A stretch of 64,000 nt of DNA from Rebecca billardiae RCC1528 (lineage: Eukaryota > Protista > Haptophyta): positions 930,001 to 994,000 of the forward strand of contig OZ251240.1 in the NCBI GenBank assembly GCA_965240325.2, written 5' to 3'. Both the position numbers and the translations under genes were made by a program. Numbering within the stretch: the stretch's first letter is position 1; the number at the start of each line of letters is the position of its first letter. This document shows positions 11,793 to 23,823 of the stretch, in pieces. The notes below the pieces were generated by a model. It did not search any database and had not been told where the DNA came from. It was given only the letters and a program-made list of their open reading frames with translations.

Positions 11793-14188
11793 TCATCCGG
11801 TCCCACCAGCGCGGGTCATAGCTCTCCGAATGGGTGACGCGATGGTAATCCTGAAGCTTCCCGCCTTGAGCGCTTGCCACGACTCGACTGAGCCCGCGGT
11901 CTGCGCACACACGCCGGCGAGGGGCGGCCGGGCGGCCGGGCGGAGTGTCAGACAGGCAGTGCGTCAGCCGGGCCCACCGGGCGTGTTCAGACCCGGCGCC
12001 CCTCTCCCGTGGGCATGCGGGTGCTCTACAGCCATGCGCGCGCGCACGCCGCGCACGCGCCGCGCCCCCCGCGCGCGCTCGCGCGGGCAGCGATGCACGG
12101 GTGGAGGCGGGTGAAGTACTCACCTCCCGGTGTAGGAGGACGGCCACGGCCACGGCCAGCGCGGCCGAGAACGCCGCGGAGAGGCGAAGCAGCACCAGCA
12201 CCGCGACGGACGAGGCGCCGATGCAGGCCTGCAGGGTAGGACCGCGCACGCACGCCGCGCGCCGGCTCAGCCGCGCGCGCCAGTGCGTGCGTCCGCGCGC
12301 GGCCACGCGCGCGCGCGCGCGCACCCCGGCGAGCCCGACGCCACAGCCAGCGGCGAGGAGGGTGACCGAGGCGGACAGCTGGCCGATGCGGTGCGCGTCG
12401 ACGCTGCCGAAGAGCTGGCACCACAGCGGGCCGGGCACGAGGGCACACGTACTCACCAGCGCGCCGCTGAGTGCGCCCCACGCGCGCGCCCCGCCCCCCG
12501 AGCCCGTCTGCCCCGCGGACGCCAGAGCGAGCGCGAGCGCGTCCAGTGCGAGCGCGCAGCAGACGAAGACGTGCTTGCGCCGGAACGCGTCGAGCAGCAG
12601 GCCGATGGCGGCGGCCGCCGCGGCCGCGCCGCCGCCGACGGTCGCGAGCCAAGCAAAGGGGGAGACTCCGGACGGCAGAAGCTTCGGGTGCATGAAGAAC
12701 AGGAGCGTCGCGTGCGCGCGCAGCGTGAGGAGCGCGAGCTGCGCCCACGGGGCGGTCGCGCGCACGCGCACACCGCGCACACACCAGGGCTCGGCAGCGA
12801 GTGAGCTCGGCAAGCCGACGGACGCGCGCGCGGTCGGTGGTCAGTCATGCACTCATGCGGGCGCATGCGCTCAGGGCGCGGCGCCCGGGCAGCGTGCGGA
12901 GAGGCGCGAAGACGCTGCCTCCACCCCCTACCCCCCTGCACTCGGCCGTCCGGCGCGCGAGCGGGCCCGCTCCCGGGCGGCCCTGCGCGCCCGCCGCGCA
13001 GAGCACGCATACACACTATACCTGCGCGAGCCAAAATTTGGCCGAGCGGACTGCGTCGTGCACGGACCCAACTGCGTGCGGCAAGTCTGTGAGCTCGAGG
13101 CCCTCGTCGCCCGCGCCGTGGTGCGGCGCGGAGAGCGCCGCGCCGTCGGGCACCTGCCCGTACGCGCTCGGCGGCCGCGGCATGAGCAGCAGCAGCACGG
13201 GCACGCCGATGAGCGCCGCCAGCGCCGCCGCGCGCCCAAAGCTGGCGCGCCACCCGCCTGCGCTGCTGAGCGCGTCCGAGCGCGCGAGAGCTGGCACCAG
13301 CCACAGCGTGACGAGGGAGGTGGTGACGGCGACGGCCGTGTCGACGACGCGTCGGCGCGAGCGCCACCAGCCGTGCAGCGCGGACGTGCTCAGCGGCGTG
13401 AGCACGCCGCACCCCACCAGCTTGCACACACACACGCCCACGCCCACGCCGCCCGCGCCCGAGGCGGTCGCGACGAGCAGCATGGCTGCAAAGAGCGCGC
13501 ACGCACCCGCGAGCCCGGCGAGGCCCGGCGCGACGCGCGCGTGCGCGCCGGCCAGGAGCGGCGCGAGGAGCGCGGCGAAGACGTGCGCCAGCGCCAGCGC
13601 GCGCGCGAGCGCCGGCTCGGCGCACTTGAGCGACGACGCCGCCTGCTTGAGGACGCTCGCGATCGCCAGGTCTCCCGCCGGAGACTCGAGCGCGAGCGCG
13701 ACCACCGCGACGAGCGCGACGACCCAGCCGTAGAAGACGCCGCGCGCGGAGAGGATTGGCACGATGAACGGCACGGCGGAGACGCCCTCGCACAGCAGGC
13801 GCTCGTCGCCCATCCCCGACACGTCGTTGCGCGGTGCACGCACCGCGGCCGACCACGATCGCCACCGCCGCTCGATGTGGCCCATCTCGCGCGCGGTCAT
13901 GCCCCAGTCGTCCGGGACCTCGTCGATGCCGCGGGCCACTTGGCGTGCGCGCCCAATCCCGCCACCCACACCGCTCGCCTGCGTCGACAGCTTGCTCATC
14001 GCGTCGCGTCCGCTCGCCGCCCAGCGCGCCCAGCGACTGGGCGGCTTGCCGCTCCCTGCGGCGTCCGCGTCGATCTGGACATCGTCGAAGCCGGCGGGCG
14101 TCTCGGCGGATTCCGCGATCGGTACGTTCTCGGAGGCCTCACCCTCGTCCTCTTGCGCTCCCGCCGCCACCTTCGTGTAGCTGCTCAT
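11793..14188 (-). CDS. Major facilitator superfamily transporter (intron-containing; internal boundaries approximate)
   Basis: ATG 14188 (MSSYTKV). FYGWVVALVAVVAL, GWRASFGRAAAL, VHDAVRSAKFWL, IGLLLDAFRRKHV and LWCQLFG typify MFS_1 (OFA/MCT-like) proteins. Donors at 13021 and 12123; last exon after GTGTGCGCAG ends at TGA 11793. Confidence 0.7.
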
Positions 14189-14371
14189 TCTCGTGCCGGT
14201 GTTCAAAGGGTATAGCGGTCGGCACACGGGCGCGCCGCGGCCATCGATCGGGCAACACCGCAACAGGACTTTTCGTCATTATTTTCTTGGGCCGGACAAG
14301 CCGCGCGTGCTCCCGCCATTTGTTAGTGCCGCCGCCCATCGCGCGTCGCCGCGCACACGGCGGACCCGCCG
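14189..14371. promoter_or_regulatory. Putative bidirectional promoter between divergent MFS and NAA20 genes
   Basis: 183-bp AT-richer spacer between head-to-head ATGs; no specific motif identified. Confidence 0.4.
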
Positions 14372-14899
14372 ATGACGACGCTCCGGCCTTTCCAGGTGGG
14401 CGACCTCTTCCGCTTCAACAACGTGAACCTCGATCCACTGACCGAGACGTACAACGTCTCCTTCTACCTGCAGTACCTCGGCCGCTGGCCAGAGTACTGC
14501 CACATGGCTGTCGGCCCGACCGGCAAACCGATGGGATACATCCTGGGCAAGTCGGAGTCGTTCCGCAGCGAGGCGGAGTCGTGGCACGGGCACGTGACGG
14601 CTGTGACCGTCGCGCCCGAAGCGCGACGCCTCGGCCTCGCGACGCAGCTCATGCAGCTGCTCGAGCACACGTCCGAGCATGGGGACAACTGCTACTTTGT
14701 CGACCTCTTTGTGCGCGAGTCGAACAAGGTGGCCATCGACATGTACAAGCGCATGGGCTACTCCATATACCGACAAGTGATCGGCTACTATTCCGGCGAG
14801 GAGGACGCGTACGACATGCGCAAGGCGCTGCCACGAGACGTGGACAAGAAATCGATCGTGCCGCTGAAAGCGCCCGTGCACCCGTCCGACCTGGACTGA
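14372..14899 (+). CDS. NAA20: N-alpha-acetyltransferase 20 (NatB catalytic subunit)
   Basis: MTTLRPFQVGDLFRFNNVNLDPLTETY..WHGHVTAVTVAPEARRLGLA..FVDLFVRESNKVAIDMY..EEDAYDMRKAL is the NAA20/NAT3 signature; intronless 175 aa. Confidence 0.97.
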   Translation: MTTLRPFQVGDLFRFNNVNLDPLTETYNVSFYLQYLGRWPEYCHMAVGPTGKPMGYILGKSESFRSEAESWHGHVTAVTVAPEARRLGLATQLMQLLEHTSEHGDNCYFVDLFVRESNKVAIDMYKRMGYSIYRQVIGYYSGEEDAYDMRKALPRDVDKKSIVPLKAPVHPSDLD

Positions 14900-15650
14900 C
14901 ACCGACCTGCGTGACGCGGCGCTGCAGAACTGCATCCCGTGGAGGCTCGTGGCTGTGCATGAATCGACGGGCGTGTTGGGCCTGGCTGGCCCTGCCTATG
15001 CGCTTCTGAGCTACCGCAGCCGTCACCACTGCAGTGCCATTGCCTATGAGGATGCAGCTCATGCAGCCTGCTCACTCCGACGACCCGAGACGCCGACGGC
15101 TGCGACATGCAGATGCAGCCACTCGAGCAGTCGAGCGTCTCACTCTCAGAGCGACTCCGCTGCCAGGCCTCCGACACTGTCGGAGCTGCCAGCACGGTTG
15201 GTCTGATAGTACTGGCTCGCCTCTAGCATGGAGCAGAGCGGGAGTGCCGCGAAGGACGATCTGATAGGATTAAGAAGGACGATCTGATAGGATTATACTG
15301 AAAGTGCGTGCGGAAACTTATAGTCTTATTAGTGAATCATCGGTTCGGAGTCAGTCAAATTGCGGAGTCCCGGAGCCGGCGCGGTATGAGCGTCAGCTGC
15401 GTTAGCGAATATATTGCCAGCATCAGTGGCGCCGAGTTAAATGACGATGATGCAACCGCGCCCTGATCATGAACGAGACCTGAGTGTGAATCTGGTTATA
15501 GTCTGCGCCGTAGTGCTGGCGGTGCATCCCACATGCCTCTCATGCCGCGCGGCAAGAGAGCTGGACCGTGTCGGGGTGCGCGTAGCTACACACGCATAGT
15601 GCATGGCTGCTGCCTGGGCCGCGCGACGCTCGAGCCAACAACGGGAACAA

Positions 15651-15723
15651 CAGTTTACTATGTTTTAACGTGCACACTTGGTCAAGGCATGATTGACGCC
15701 ATCCAACACTGCACAAAGACACC
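15651..15723 (+). repeat. Dispersed repeat family B (~75 bp), sharing terminus CAGTTTACTA with family A
   Basis: CAGTTTACTATGTTTTAACGTGCACACTTGGTCAAGGCATGATTGACGCCATCCAACACTGCACAAAGACAC matches the reverse complement of 46691-46769. Confidence 0.85.
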
Positions 15724-16114
15724 GCCACAAAACAGACCGGCGCAAGCAGGTGAGGGGCGCGTTGCCGCACACAACTCTACCACCACTGCAACCAGGGTCT
15801 ACCACTCGCCCTCGTTGCTGGCCCTCGCCCAGGTCAGATAAAGCCGTCGAAGATGCGCCTTGCCCTCCCGGGAGGAGGGCCGGCCATCAATCTCACTGCA
15901 TCGCAATCTTGCCGCCTCAGACGGCCAACCGTCACTCATCAAGCCCGGCCGGACTGCCACCACGACCGGCGCGCAATCTCAAATCATATGTGAGGCCCCA
16001 AACCCGCTTGGCGCCTTGACAAGATCAATTTCGGTCGGGTGGGTTCCTTGCCGCCTGGGCCCCCGCTGGTCCGTCCACCCGCCGAACGGGCACCGAAGCA
16101 CGCCGGCGGGCACG

Positions 16115-17584
16115 ATGGTGACGGTGGAGGAGCACGACGGCTTTGTGCTGCTCTCCGCGCCGGCCACGGCGCCTACCGTCGACAACGCCTCGCCGACGCC
16201 GCCCGCGCCCGCGGCTCCGGCGACTACGGATGCCGACGACGCCCCGGCGGGCAGTGCTTCGGAGCCCTCGACTGTGCCGCCGGTAGCGGGGGCCACCCCG
16301 GTGGCGTCCCAGACGGAGGCGCGGACGGGCGTGTCGGTGGCGTGGCTCTTCCTCATTCCTGTCGCGCTCGCCATCTTCTGCGTCGGCGTCGACATTGGCT
16401 CCGCCCTGGAGGCGCACGCCAGCATGGAGCGCGAGCGGCACGCCGCGGAGGGCGGGCGCATCCTCGCGGCAGAGCTGTCCCCAGAGGCCGAGGCCGAGGT
16501 CCCAACGCGCGCGAGCAGCCTGGCGCCCACGTGTGGCTCACACGGCGAGGATGAGGTGCGAGCGCGCAGCCGCGCCCCGCTCCACATGACCCTCCTCCAG
16601 AGTTGGTGCTAACTCCGATTCGCTGCCGCCGCGCCCGCCGCGGTGCGCTCTTCGCGCGCGTGCCCCCCGCTTTGCCGCGCCGCCGCCGCGCAGACGGCTA
16701 CGGACGCCTGGGTCGGCCTCGAGCCCCTCGAGCGCGAGCTCACCGACACGCGCGCGCGCGCGCAGGCCGCCGAGCTCGAGGCGCAGGAGCTGCGCGCGCA
16801 GCTCGCGCGGCTGAGCGCGCGCTCGAGCGCGCTTGTCGCGCACCTCAACTACACGTACGCCGTGAGCGCCAAGTGGGAGAAGATCGCCCGCGCTGGGATC
16901 GCCGCGCACAACCGGTGGAAGGCGCGCGAGCTGCAGCGCAAGATGCTCTGGCGCCAGGTCCAGATGGGCACCGGCGGGCGCGTCCGCGCGGCGGGCGGGC
17001 GGCAGCTGCGCGCTGGTGGCGCGCAGCGTCAGCTGCTCGCGCAGGCAGCGGGCGGCAACCTGGGGCCTTCCAAGGAGTCACCGCCGCCTGCGCCACTCCA
17101 GCGCCACGGCGACGCGGAGCACGCCGCCCAGCGCGCGGGGCCCGGCCCGTACATCCTCTCGCCGCCCCCGCCGCCGCACCAGTGGCGCACGCAGGCGGAG
17201 GCGGAGTGGCGGCGAGTGGCTGAGGCGGCGCAGGAGGACGCCGCCGGCAGCAAGGGTCGCGCGGCCGCGTCGCACGCGCTCACGAGCGCCAAGTCCCGCG
17301 CCCTCGCCGCCACGCCCGCCTCCACCAACGCCAGCGGTGGGAAGGGCCCCCGATTCGCGGCCAAGCCCGCGCGCGGCGGCCGAGGCCGTGGCAAGGCCGG
17401 CACAGCCAAGTCCAAGAAGACGGCTGCCGACGCGCGCTGCGCAGCGCGCGAGTGCCTGTCAGCGCCCAAGCAACAGCAGCGCGGCTGCCGCTGCCCGGCA
17501 ACGTCATCGGACGCACCGCCGGTGCCCGCGCCGACGGGCCCCAAGTCGGGCGTCGCTCTGATGGCCGTGAGTGGCCACTCGTGA
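16115..17584 (+). CDS. Hypothetical single-pass membrane protein with coiled coil and basic C-terminus
   Basis: Exons 16115-16555 and 16694-17584 join in frame (GT-AG). TM segment VSVAWLFLIPVALAIFCVGV; heptad region LERELTDTRARAQAAELEAQELRAQLARL. Confidence 0.6.
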
Positions 17585-18170
17585 AGGCGCGGGTCAAGCA
17601 TCACAGCACCTTGCCGCCATCGGCTGCCGAGCTGCGCGCGTGCTGCGTTCGGCCCACCCTCCATTGCGCGCGTTCGGCGGCGCACTGCGCTAGGTGCGCA
17701 GCAGTCCTCGTGCACGCGCGCGCGCAGGGCGGGGACGACGAGCACCTGTACAGTACACTCCCATCAAGCCGCGCATGCCCGTACCGAGCTCAGGCCGCAG
17801 CGGCTGCCGTCCCCGGCCGCGGGCCGCTGCGAAGCGCAGTGCGCGTCACGCTGTAGCCTGTCAGTCTGCTGACTGATGGCGACAGTACTGCCTAAGTACT
17901 GGCGGCCAACTCTGCCTTGCTGGGCGACGTTTGCCGGACCACACAGTCACCAGCGGCAGCCGACCACGCAAACTAACAGCAGTCTCAAGCAACTCGGACG
18001 TAGCGTCCGAGTAGCTTGAGCTTCGGCACGGCCGGCCCGAGGCCGAGCGCCCGATCGGCAGCCTCACGCGCGGGCCCTGCTGCCAGCCAGGCTGCCATGC
18101 TGCTTCCGAGTTCCGATTATGAAACTACAGCTTGCTGACTCTGACGCCTGCCCGTTGCATGCCACGTCGT

Positions 18171-18174
<4 letters not shown>

Positions 18175-18247
<73 letters not shown>

Positions 18248-18289
18248 AGCATTAACTCAGCATGATGATTTGCTGATGACTCTCTCTCT

Positions 18290-18361
<72 letters not shown>

Positions 18362-18399
18362 TCTCCGTACTAGCTAGCTCTGCTCTCTCTCTCTCTCTC
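18175..18399. repeat. Interrupted (CT)n microsatellite
   Basis: Long CT runs visible. Confidence 0.95.
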
Positions 18400-18419
18400 T
18401 TAGCTCTCGTCGCTGCTAT

Positions 18420-18856
18420 TACTCACCGAGGCTGGCGAGGCATACGTCAAGGCGCGCTCCGGGCTCGCCCGCGCACGTCGAGCTGGTCAAGGCGACGCAG
18501 GCGCACACCGAGGCTGGCGAGGCATACGTCAAGGCGCGCTCCGGGCTCGCCCGCGCAGTGGCACGCGCACGGGACGGCAATGGCGGCGAGCAGGCCGATG
18601 CTGGGGCAGAAACAGATGCAGCTGATGCCGCAGACTCGGACGACGAGCAATCCGAGCGCGCGGGTGAGGAGGGGGAGGACGAGCTGGACCACCGGACGCG
18701 ATGGAAGACGATGATGCATCCGCCGCCGGGGACGAGGCTGCCTCGAGCGATGTCGGCGACGACGACGTGTCGGAGACGATGACGGAGGGTGGCGTGGACG
18801 AGGAGGAGTTTGCGATCGGCGCCCTGCTGTCGTCGCGCGGGGCGGCTGACTACTAG
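18420..18856 (+). pseudogene. Frameshifted 3' remnant of an acidic-tailed ORF with a 52-bp internal duplication
   Basis: Direct repeat 18424-18475 / 18506-18557. Coding-like reading ELVKATQAHTEAGEAYVKARSGLARA..DSDDEQSERAGEEGEDELD, shifting frame to DDDASAAGDE..EEEFAIGALLSSRGAADY-stop. No start; abuts the CT repeat. Confidence 0.4.
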
Positions 18857-19040
18857 CAGCTGCTGACGACGCGCGCGATGATATATATATGATGATGACG
18901 AGGCGGATGTGTCGTAGTCGCTGCTGACCGCACCTGACTCGATCATAAGACATACGAATAAGTACTATATATATTATTTAATATATATTCAATATATATA
19001 TATCGATGATCAATTGACACATAAAATTAAATAATATATA

Positions 19041-21191
19041 TTATTCATCATCATCAATGGCGGCGTAGTCGCAGCGCGCAAGCTCGGAAGTGGCCACACG
19101 CATAACGTGCTCAGGCGCACCCGTCGCGACGCCGTGCTCCAGCAGCGTGTTGTGCGCGCGACGGTCAGCTGCCACGCGCACGCAAGTCGTGTATTCCTCG
19201 CGTGCGACAATGAACTCGAGGCAACCGGCCCAGGCAGCGTATATGACCACCTTCCAACGCCACGCGAGCGAGGCTGTAGCGCCGAGGCGCTCCACCGCAT
19301 TCGTCAGGAGCGGCTGCTGCCAGCTATCGCCATGGTCGCGCCCGTCGAGGGCGTCGAGGAGCGCGCGCACGCTGCTCGTGAGGTCAACGTCGTGTGCCGC
19401 CACACTGGAACTGACGCGCGCGGCGAGGCTGGAGTAGCAGTTGTCGCAGCAGCGCGTCGCCGGCACGCCTGCGAGGCTCTGGTCGGTATAATCGCCCAGC
19501 GCGTTCAGGAGCAGCTCGTGCCGGCAGCTGCAAGTGTCGTGCACGTACCGCATCACCTCCATCAAGGCACCCAGGCCGCCGTCTGACTGGGCTGCCATCG
19601 CGAGGGCGGCTGCGTAGCGGCCGGGGTGGTCGAGGAGGAGGCACTGGGCGAAATGCCCGTCGCGCCCAGCCTGGCCGTCGTGCTGCATCAGCTGCGACAA
19701 CGTGAGCGGCGGCGCGGCGTGCACGACGAGCCGCACATCCGCCACGTCGATGCCCATGCCCGCCGCCTCGGTCGCGAACAGCAGCTCGACTGCCTCTGGG
19801 GAGATATGGCCGGCAAAGCGGCGCGCTCGCTTCGCGAGCTCGCCCTCGCCGCCCTCCTCCTCGGGGAGGCCCCTGTAGTACGTGGCCGCGTTCACGTTGA
19901 GGCCTTCCTGTCCCGCGAGGGCGGCAACTCGGAAGCAGAGCGACGTGGTCAGCCCCTTGGTGCCGCAGTACACGATGACCTTCAGGCCAGCAGAGCGGTC
20001 CATCTTGAGCAGCTCACGCACGATGCACTTTGCCTGAGCCTTGAGTGGGTCGAGCGCCGGGTCCAGCCGCTCGACCCTCAAATTGAGCTCGGCACGGCGG
20101 AGCGGCAGGTGAACCAGCCTGGCGTTGCTGGGCACACCGAGGCTGTCGGCGATGCGCGCGATCATTGCAGGAGTCGCGGTGGCAGTCACGCCAACTTTGG
20201 GAAGGTGGCAGAGTGCGGTGAGGTGCAGAGGAGGCGGCCTTGGCACCACAGCCAGCTTGGCCGCCAGCTTGTCGGCTTCCGCGCGCACGCCGGCGAGCTT
20301 CTCGAGCAGCGCGGCGCGGGCGTCACCGCCGGCGCCGCCGGAAGTGCGCGATGCGAGAACCGCCTCCACGGCGCGCGCGTTTGCCAGCGTGCGAGCGAGC
20401 TCGCACGCTTGCTCGCTCGCGCCCCGCGCAATTCTCACCACCAAAGCGAGCTGCATGCCAACAAGGTTGTAGGCCGACATGAAGGAGTCGTCCCACTCGA
20501 CCACGCAGTGCATCTCGTCGATGACGACCGAGAGGAGGCGGTGCTGCAGATGCAACAGCGTCAGCGCGGCACGGATATCGCTGGACTCGACCAGCTTCTC
20601 CGGCGTCACGAAGATTACGCTGAAGCTCCCCTCCAGGATCTCCTTGGTCAGCTTGCCACCCTTGAGCGGCGGCACGCCAACCCCACGAACCTCGTCGGGC
20701 ACCGGCTTTTCACCCGGCCTGGGCGGGTCGCCGAGATAAGCGTGCGCGATCGGAGCGAGACCGCGCTCCTCCGCGAGCTTGTTGAGCTTGTCGCGCTGTT
20801 GGCACATCAGCAACCGGAGCGGCGAGACCACGACCACGACCTTACGCGCCCCACGCGAGCTGGGCATCAGGACAGGCAGGACGTACGACAGCGTCTTGCC
20901 CGCGCCCGTCGGGGCGGTGCACAGCACGTCCTCTCCGCGCAGCGTCGATCTGGCCACGTCGAGTTGCCACTGCTTGGCCTCGCACACGCCAAACAGCTCG
21001 ACCGCCAACGTGAGCTCGTGCTCGAGCTCCCCATCCAGCACTGCCGGTCGCTGCGCGTCGGGCGCGGCCCGCAACGCCGCGTTGACACCTACAAGACGCT
21101 GCCGCACGTCCTCCGACTGGCGGCACAGCGTCCGAGCGCGCGCCTCGAGCGCGCTCCTGGCGGGAGTCGTGAACGACGATGCCCGCATCAT
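19041..21191 (-). CDS. RecQ-family DNA helicase (intronless, divergent)
   Basis: Motifs APTGAGKT, VVSPLRLLM, VTPEKL, VIDEMHC, TATAT, ATEAAGMGID, QHDGQAGRDG, plus RQC Zn site CRH..CCDNC. Confidence 0.92.
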   Translation of the reverse strand: MMRASSFTTPARSALEARARTLCRQSEDVRQRLVGVNAALRAAPDAQRPAVLDGELEHELTLAVELFGVCEAKQWQLDVARSTLRGEDVLCTAPTGAGKTLSYVLPVLMPSSRGARKVVVVVSPLRLLMCQQRDKLNKLAEERGLAPIAHAYLGDPPRPGEKPVPDEVRGVGVPPLKGGKLTKEILEGSFSVIFVTPEKLVESSDIRAALTLLHLQHRLLSVVIDEMHCVVEWDDSFMSAYNLVGMQLALVVRIARGASEQACELARTLANARAVEAVLASRTSGGAGGDARAALLEKLAGVRAEADKLAAKLAVVPRPPPLHLTALCHLPKVGVTATATPAMIARIADSLGVPSNARLVHLPLRRAELNLRVERLDPALDPLKAQAKCIVRELLKMDRSAGLKVIVYCGTKGLTTSLCFRVAALAGQEGLNVNAATYYRGLPEEEGGEGELAKRARRFAGHISPEAVELLFATEAAGMGIDVADVRLVVHAAPPLTLSQLMQHDGQAGRDGHFAQCLLLDHPGRYAAALAMAAQSDGGLGALMEVMRYVHDTCSCRHELLLNALGDYTDQSLAGVPATRCCDNCYSSLAARVSSSVAAHDVDLTSSVRALLDALDGRDHGDSWQQPLLTNAVERLGATASLAWRWKVVIYAAWAGCLEFIVAREEYTTCVRVAADRRAHNTLLEHGVATGAPEHVMRVATSELARCDYAAIDDDE

Positions 21192-21797
21192 CGCGCCGGC
21201 AGGCACGATGCCGGCTGCCGAGCGGCCCAAATCCGCGGCGCACACGGGCCAACCCGCCCAACCGCGAGACAACCTGAGTCACGAGCCACACTTTGAGTGA
21301 CTTTGCCCAGGAATGGCGCCCTTCCCGCCCGGCTCGTTGGGGTGAGCCTCTCGCCCGGCCCCACGGCGTTCCGCCCAGCGCGACCGAGTACGCGAGGGGC
21401 AGATATGGACTTGTCTTGCCTACCCGCGGCCCGCCGCCAGCGCCAACCTGCGCTGGGAGCGCCTCTCTCGCCCCCAATCGGCGTATGCGCGCCTCGGCTC
21501 CCCAAGTCGCCGAGTGTACGCCCCAGTGGTGAGGCGACGAGAAGGTGAGCTACCAGGCTCAGCGCTTGCATGCGGCCAGCTGACATGTCTCCGGATCACT
21601 CGCAGCCGCGTTTGCGCCCTCAAACCGCCGCACACGTCCGTCGGGCCGTCCCCAACGGCCGCACCCGAGAACCACGGGCGAAGCACGCCCGCACGACCCT
21701 CCGCCCTCGGACCCTCGCCGGAGGCGTGCGGAGGGTGCCGTTCGTGAAACGGCTTGGCTGCAGACTGGCCAGGGAGCCACCGCGGCCGAGAAGCGGG

Positions 21798-23018
21798 ATG
21801 CACGATGATGCAAGATCGATGGCGGCTGCTGCCGACGACGAGGATGTGGTCCGGGAGATAGCCGCCCTCCTGTCGTGTGTGGACGCTGATGACAGGCGGC
21901 GAGAGCTGTGCGAGCGCGCCCTCGCCCTTGCATCGAACGCAGCGGCAGCGCCCGACGCCAGCACGCCGTGCGAGGCGTTTGGCTTAGCGCGGCTGTCGAT
22001 CGACGCGCTGCTCGCTGAGCTCGAGATCGGCGGCAAGTACGCGGCCACGTTCGAGGAGTACGAGCTGAGCACCGTGAGCGAGTTGCTCTCGGTTGGCGGG
22101 CCCGACGAGTGCAGCGCATTCCTCGCCTCGCTCGGCGTCACGCCCAACGACCAGCACCGCATCGTCACGTTCGCCTACTCGCACCGACCAAACATGACGA
22201 GCGGCTCGATCTATTCGCCGCGCTTCCTCCGCGCCGCGCGGCCGCTCTACTCGATGCACATGGGGTGCGAGAACATGGGCCCGCTGCTGTACCACCTCGC
22301 CCGCTTCGCCAAGGCGCGGACCGTCCTCGAGATTGGGGCGGGCTACACGTCGCTTTGGCTGCTTCAAGCGCTCGCTGACAACGCGGAGGAGCTGCGCAAC
22401 TACGAGCAGCTGCTGAACGAGGGGAGCGCGGCGCAGTGGCTGGTGGAGGAGCGCGTGCGCGAGCCGCGCGGGCCGCCCGTGCTGCACTGCGTGGACAACC
22501 TCGCGCACGCGCAGACGACCGCGCACCGCGTGCTCGCCGCCGCGCGCGCGCTCGGCATCGACCAGCTGCTACGCGTGCACGAGGCGGACGCCTGGCAGCT
22601 GGCGGGCAGCTGGGCCGAGGCGACGGCGGCGGCGGGAGCCGAGGGCGCCGCGGCGGAGGGCGACCTGCTCGACCTGCTCTGGCTCGACTTTGGCGCAGGC
22701 ACGCGGCTGTCCTCCTTCCTGGGCGCGTGGTGGCCGCGCGTCGCGCCGGGCGGCTTTGTGGTCGTGCACTCGACGCTCACGAACGCGCTCACGCGCTCGT
22801 GGCTCGAATCAGTGCGCGCGCCGCCGGGCGGTGGCGGTGGCGACGAGGCCGCGGGCGCGGGCGCGCCCGCCACCGAGTCGGCGCCGGCGCGATCGCTGCT
22901 CGGCGACATCGCCACCCTCTCGCTGCTCGAGCCGCACAAGCGATACCAGAACAGCTGCACGATCATACAGAAGCGCGCAGATGGGTACGCTGAGCCGATA
23001 TACTCGCTTTACCCATGA
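21798..23018 (+). CDS. Class I SAM-dependent methyltransferase (Methyltransf_24-like) with N-terminal sterile-alpha-motif-like domain
   Basis: VLEIGAGYTS, LHCVDN, LDLLWLDFG and WPRVAPGGFVVVHS methyltransferase motifs. IDALLAELEIGGKYAATFEEYEL..LASLGVTPNDQHRI resembles a sterile alpha motif. Start may be 21819. Confidence 0.8.
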   Translation: MHDDARSMAAAADDEDVVREIAALLSCVDADDRRRELCERALALASNAAAAPDASTPCEAFGLARLSIDALLAELEIGGKYAATFEEYELSTVSELLSVGGPDECSAFLASLGVTPNDQHRIVTFAYSHRPNMTSGSIYSPRFLRAARPLYSMHMGCENMGPLLYHLARFAKARTVLEIGAGYTSLWLLQALADNAEELRNYEQLLNEGSAAQWLVEERVREPRGPPVLHCVDNLAHAQTTAHRVLAAARALGIDQLLRVHEADAWQLAGSWAEATAAAGAEGAAAEGDLLDLLWLDFGAGTRLSSFLGAWWPRVAPGGFVVVHSTLTNALTRSWLESVRAPPGGGGGDEAAGAGAPATESAPARSLLGDIATLSLLEPHKRYQNSCTIIQKRADGYAEPIYSLYP

Positions 23019-23823
23019 GCGCGCTTGCGCGAGAGGGCTGTTCGATGTCACCGGCTCGAAGGGGGCGCATCGCTGGCTGCGTCGGGCAGGCAGTTGTACC
23101 GGCACTTGTACGGCACGCAGGCACTCCGCACTGCGGCCTCACACGTAAGCGGGTTCCGCACTTCCGGAATCCGCGGTGACTCGTCACTCGGGTCAGGCAG
23201 CGGGCGAGCGGCACTGCGTATATATATATATATAGTTGATGCGGAACTCAGTTATTCTGTCAGTTCATCACATATCCGAGAGTTATTATTATATCATTAC
23301 CGCGCACCATTCCACCTAAATCGGGCTCGGCACCTACTAATAAGTAATATTCTACAGTACGCCTATACGGTGCGGCAGTTAGCACTGTCAGTCAAAGGCA
23401 GTTACCAGCGACGCGCTGGCCGACGGCCGCGCCGACGGCGTGACTGTGAGCCGACGGTTCGCCCTCTGGCTAGCTGCTCAATCCGTCATCTCTGTAGACT
23501 GCAGACTCTGCCGCGTATACCAAACCTGCACTCCGCAGCTGACGGAGGGTCCTGTCGGGGCTAGGACTCAGCAGCCAGTCTGACAGTCACGCTCGGGGTG
23601 GCGGTGACGACAGGTGAGGCAGAGGGGCTCGCCTCAGGGCCGGAGCGGGCCTGCCTGCCCGTGGCTGTGCGGGGAGTGCTCAGTGCGGTCAAAATGTGAG
23701 ACGAAAGACAGTGTCGAGCAGAATCTGACCAGTGTCCGGTGCAGATCTCGTCATCACAGCAAAAGTCCAGTCCGACCTCGGACTCCCGATCGGCGGCGCG
23801 GCGCGCCCCTTTGTAGGCGCGCC

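Noticed and set aside
15251-15295. 22-bp tandem duplication GAAGGACGATCTGATAGGATTA
   Set aside because: Real but only two copies; ordinary slippage product.
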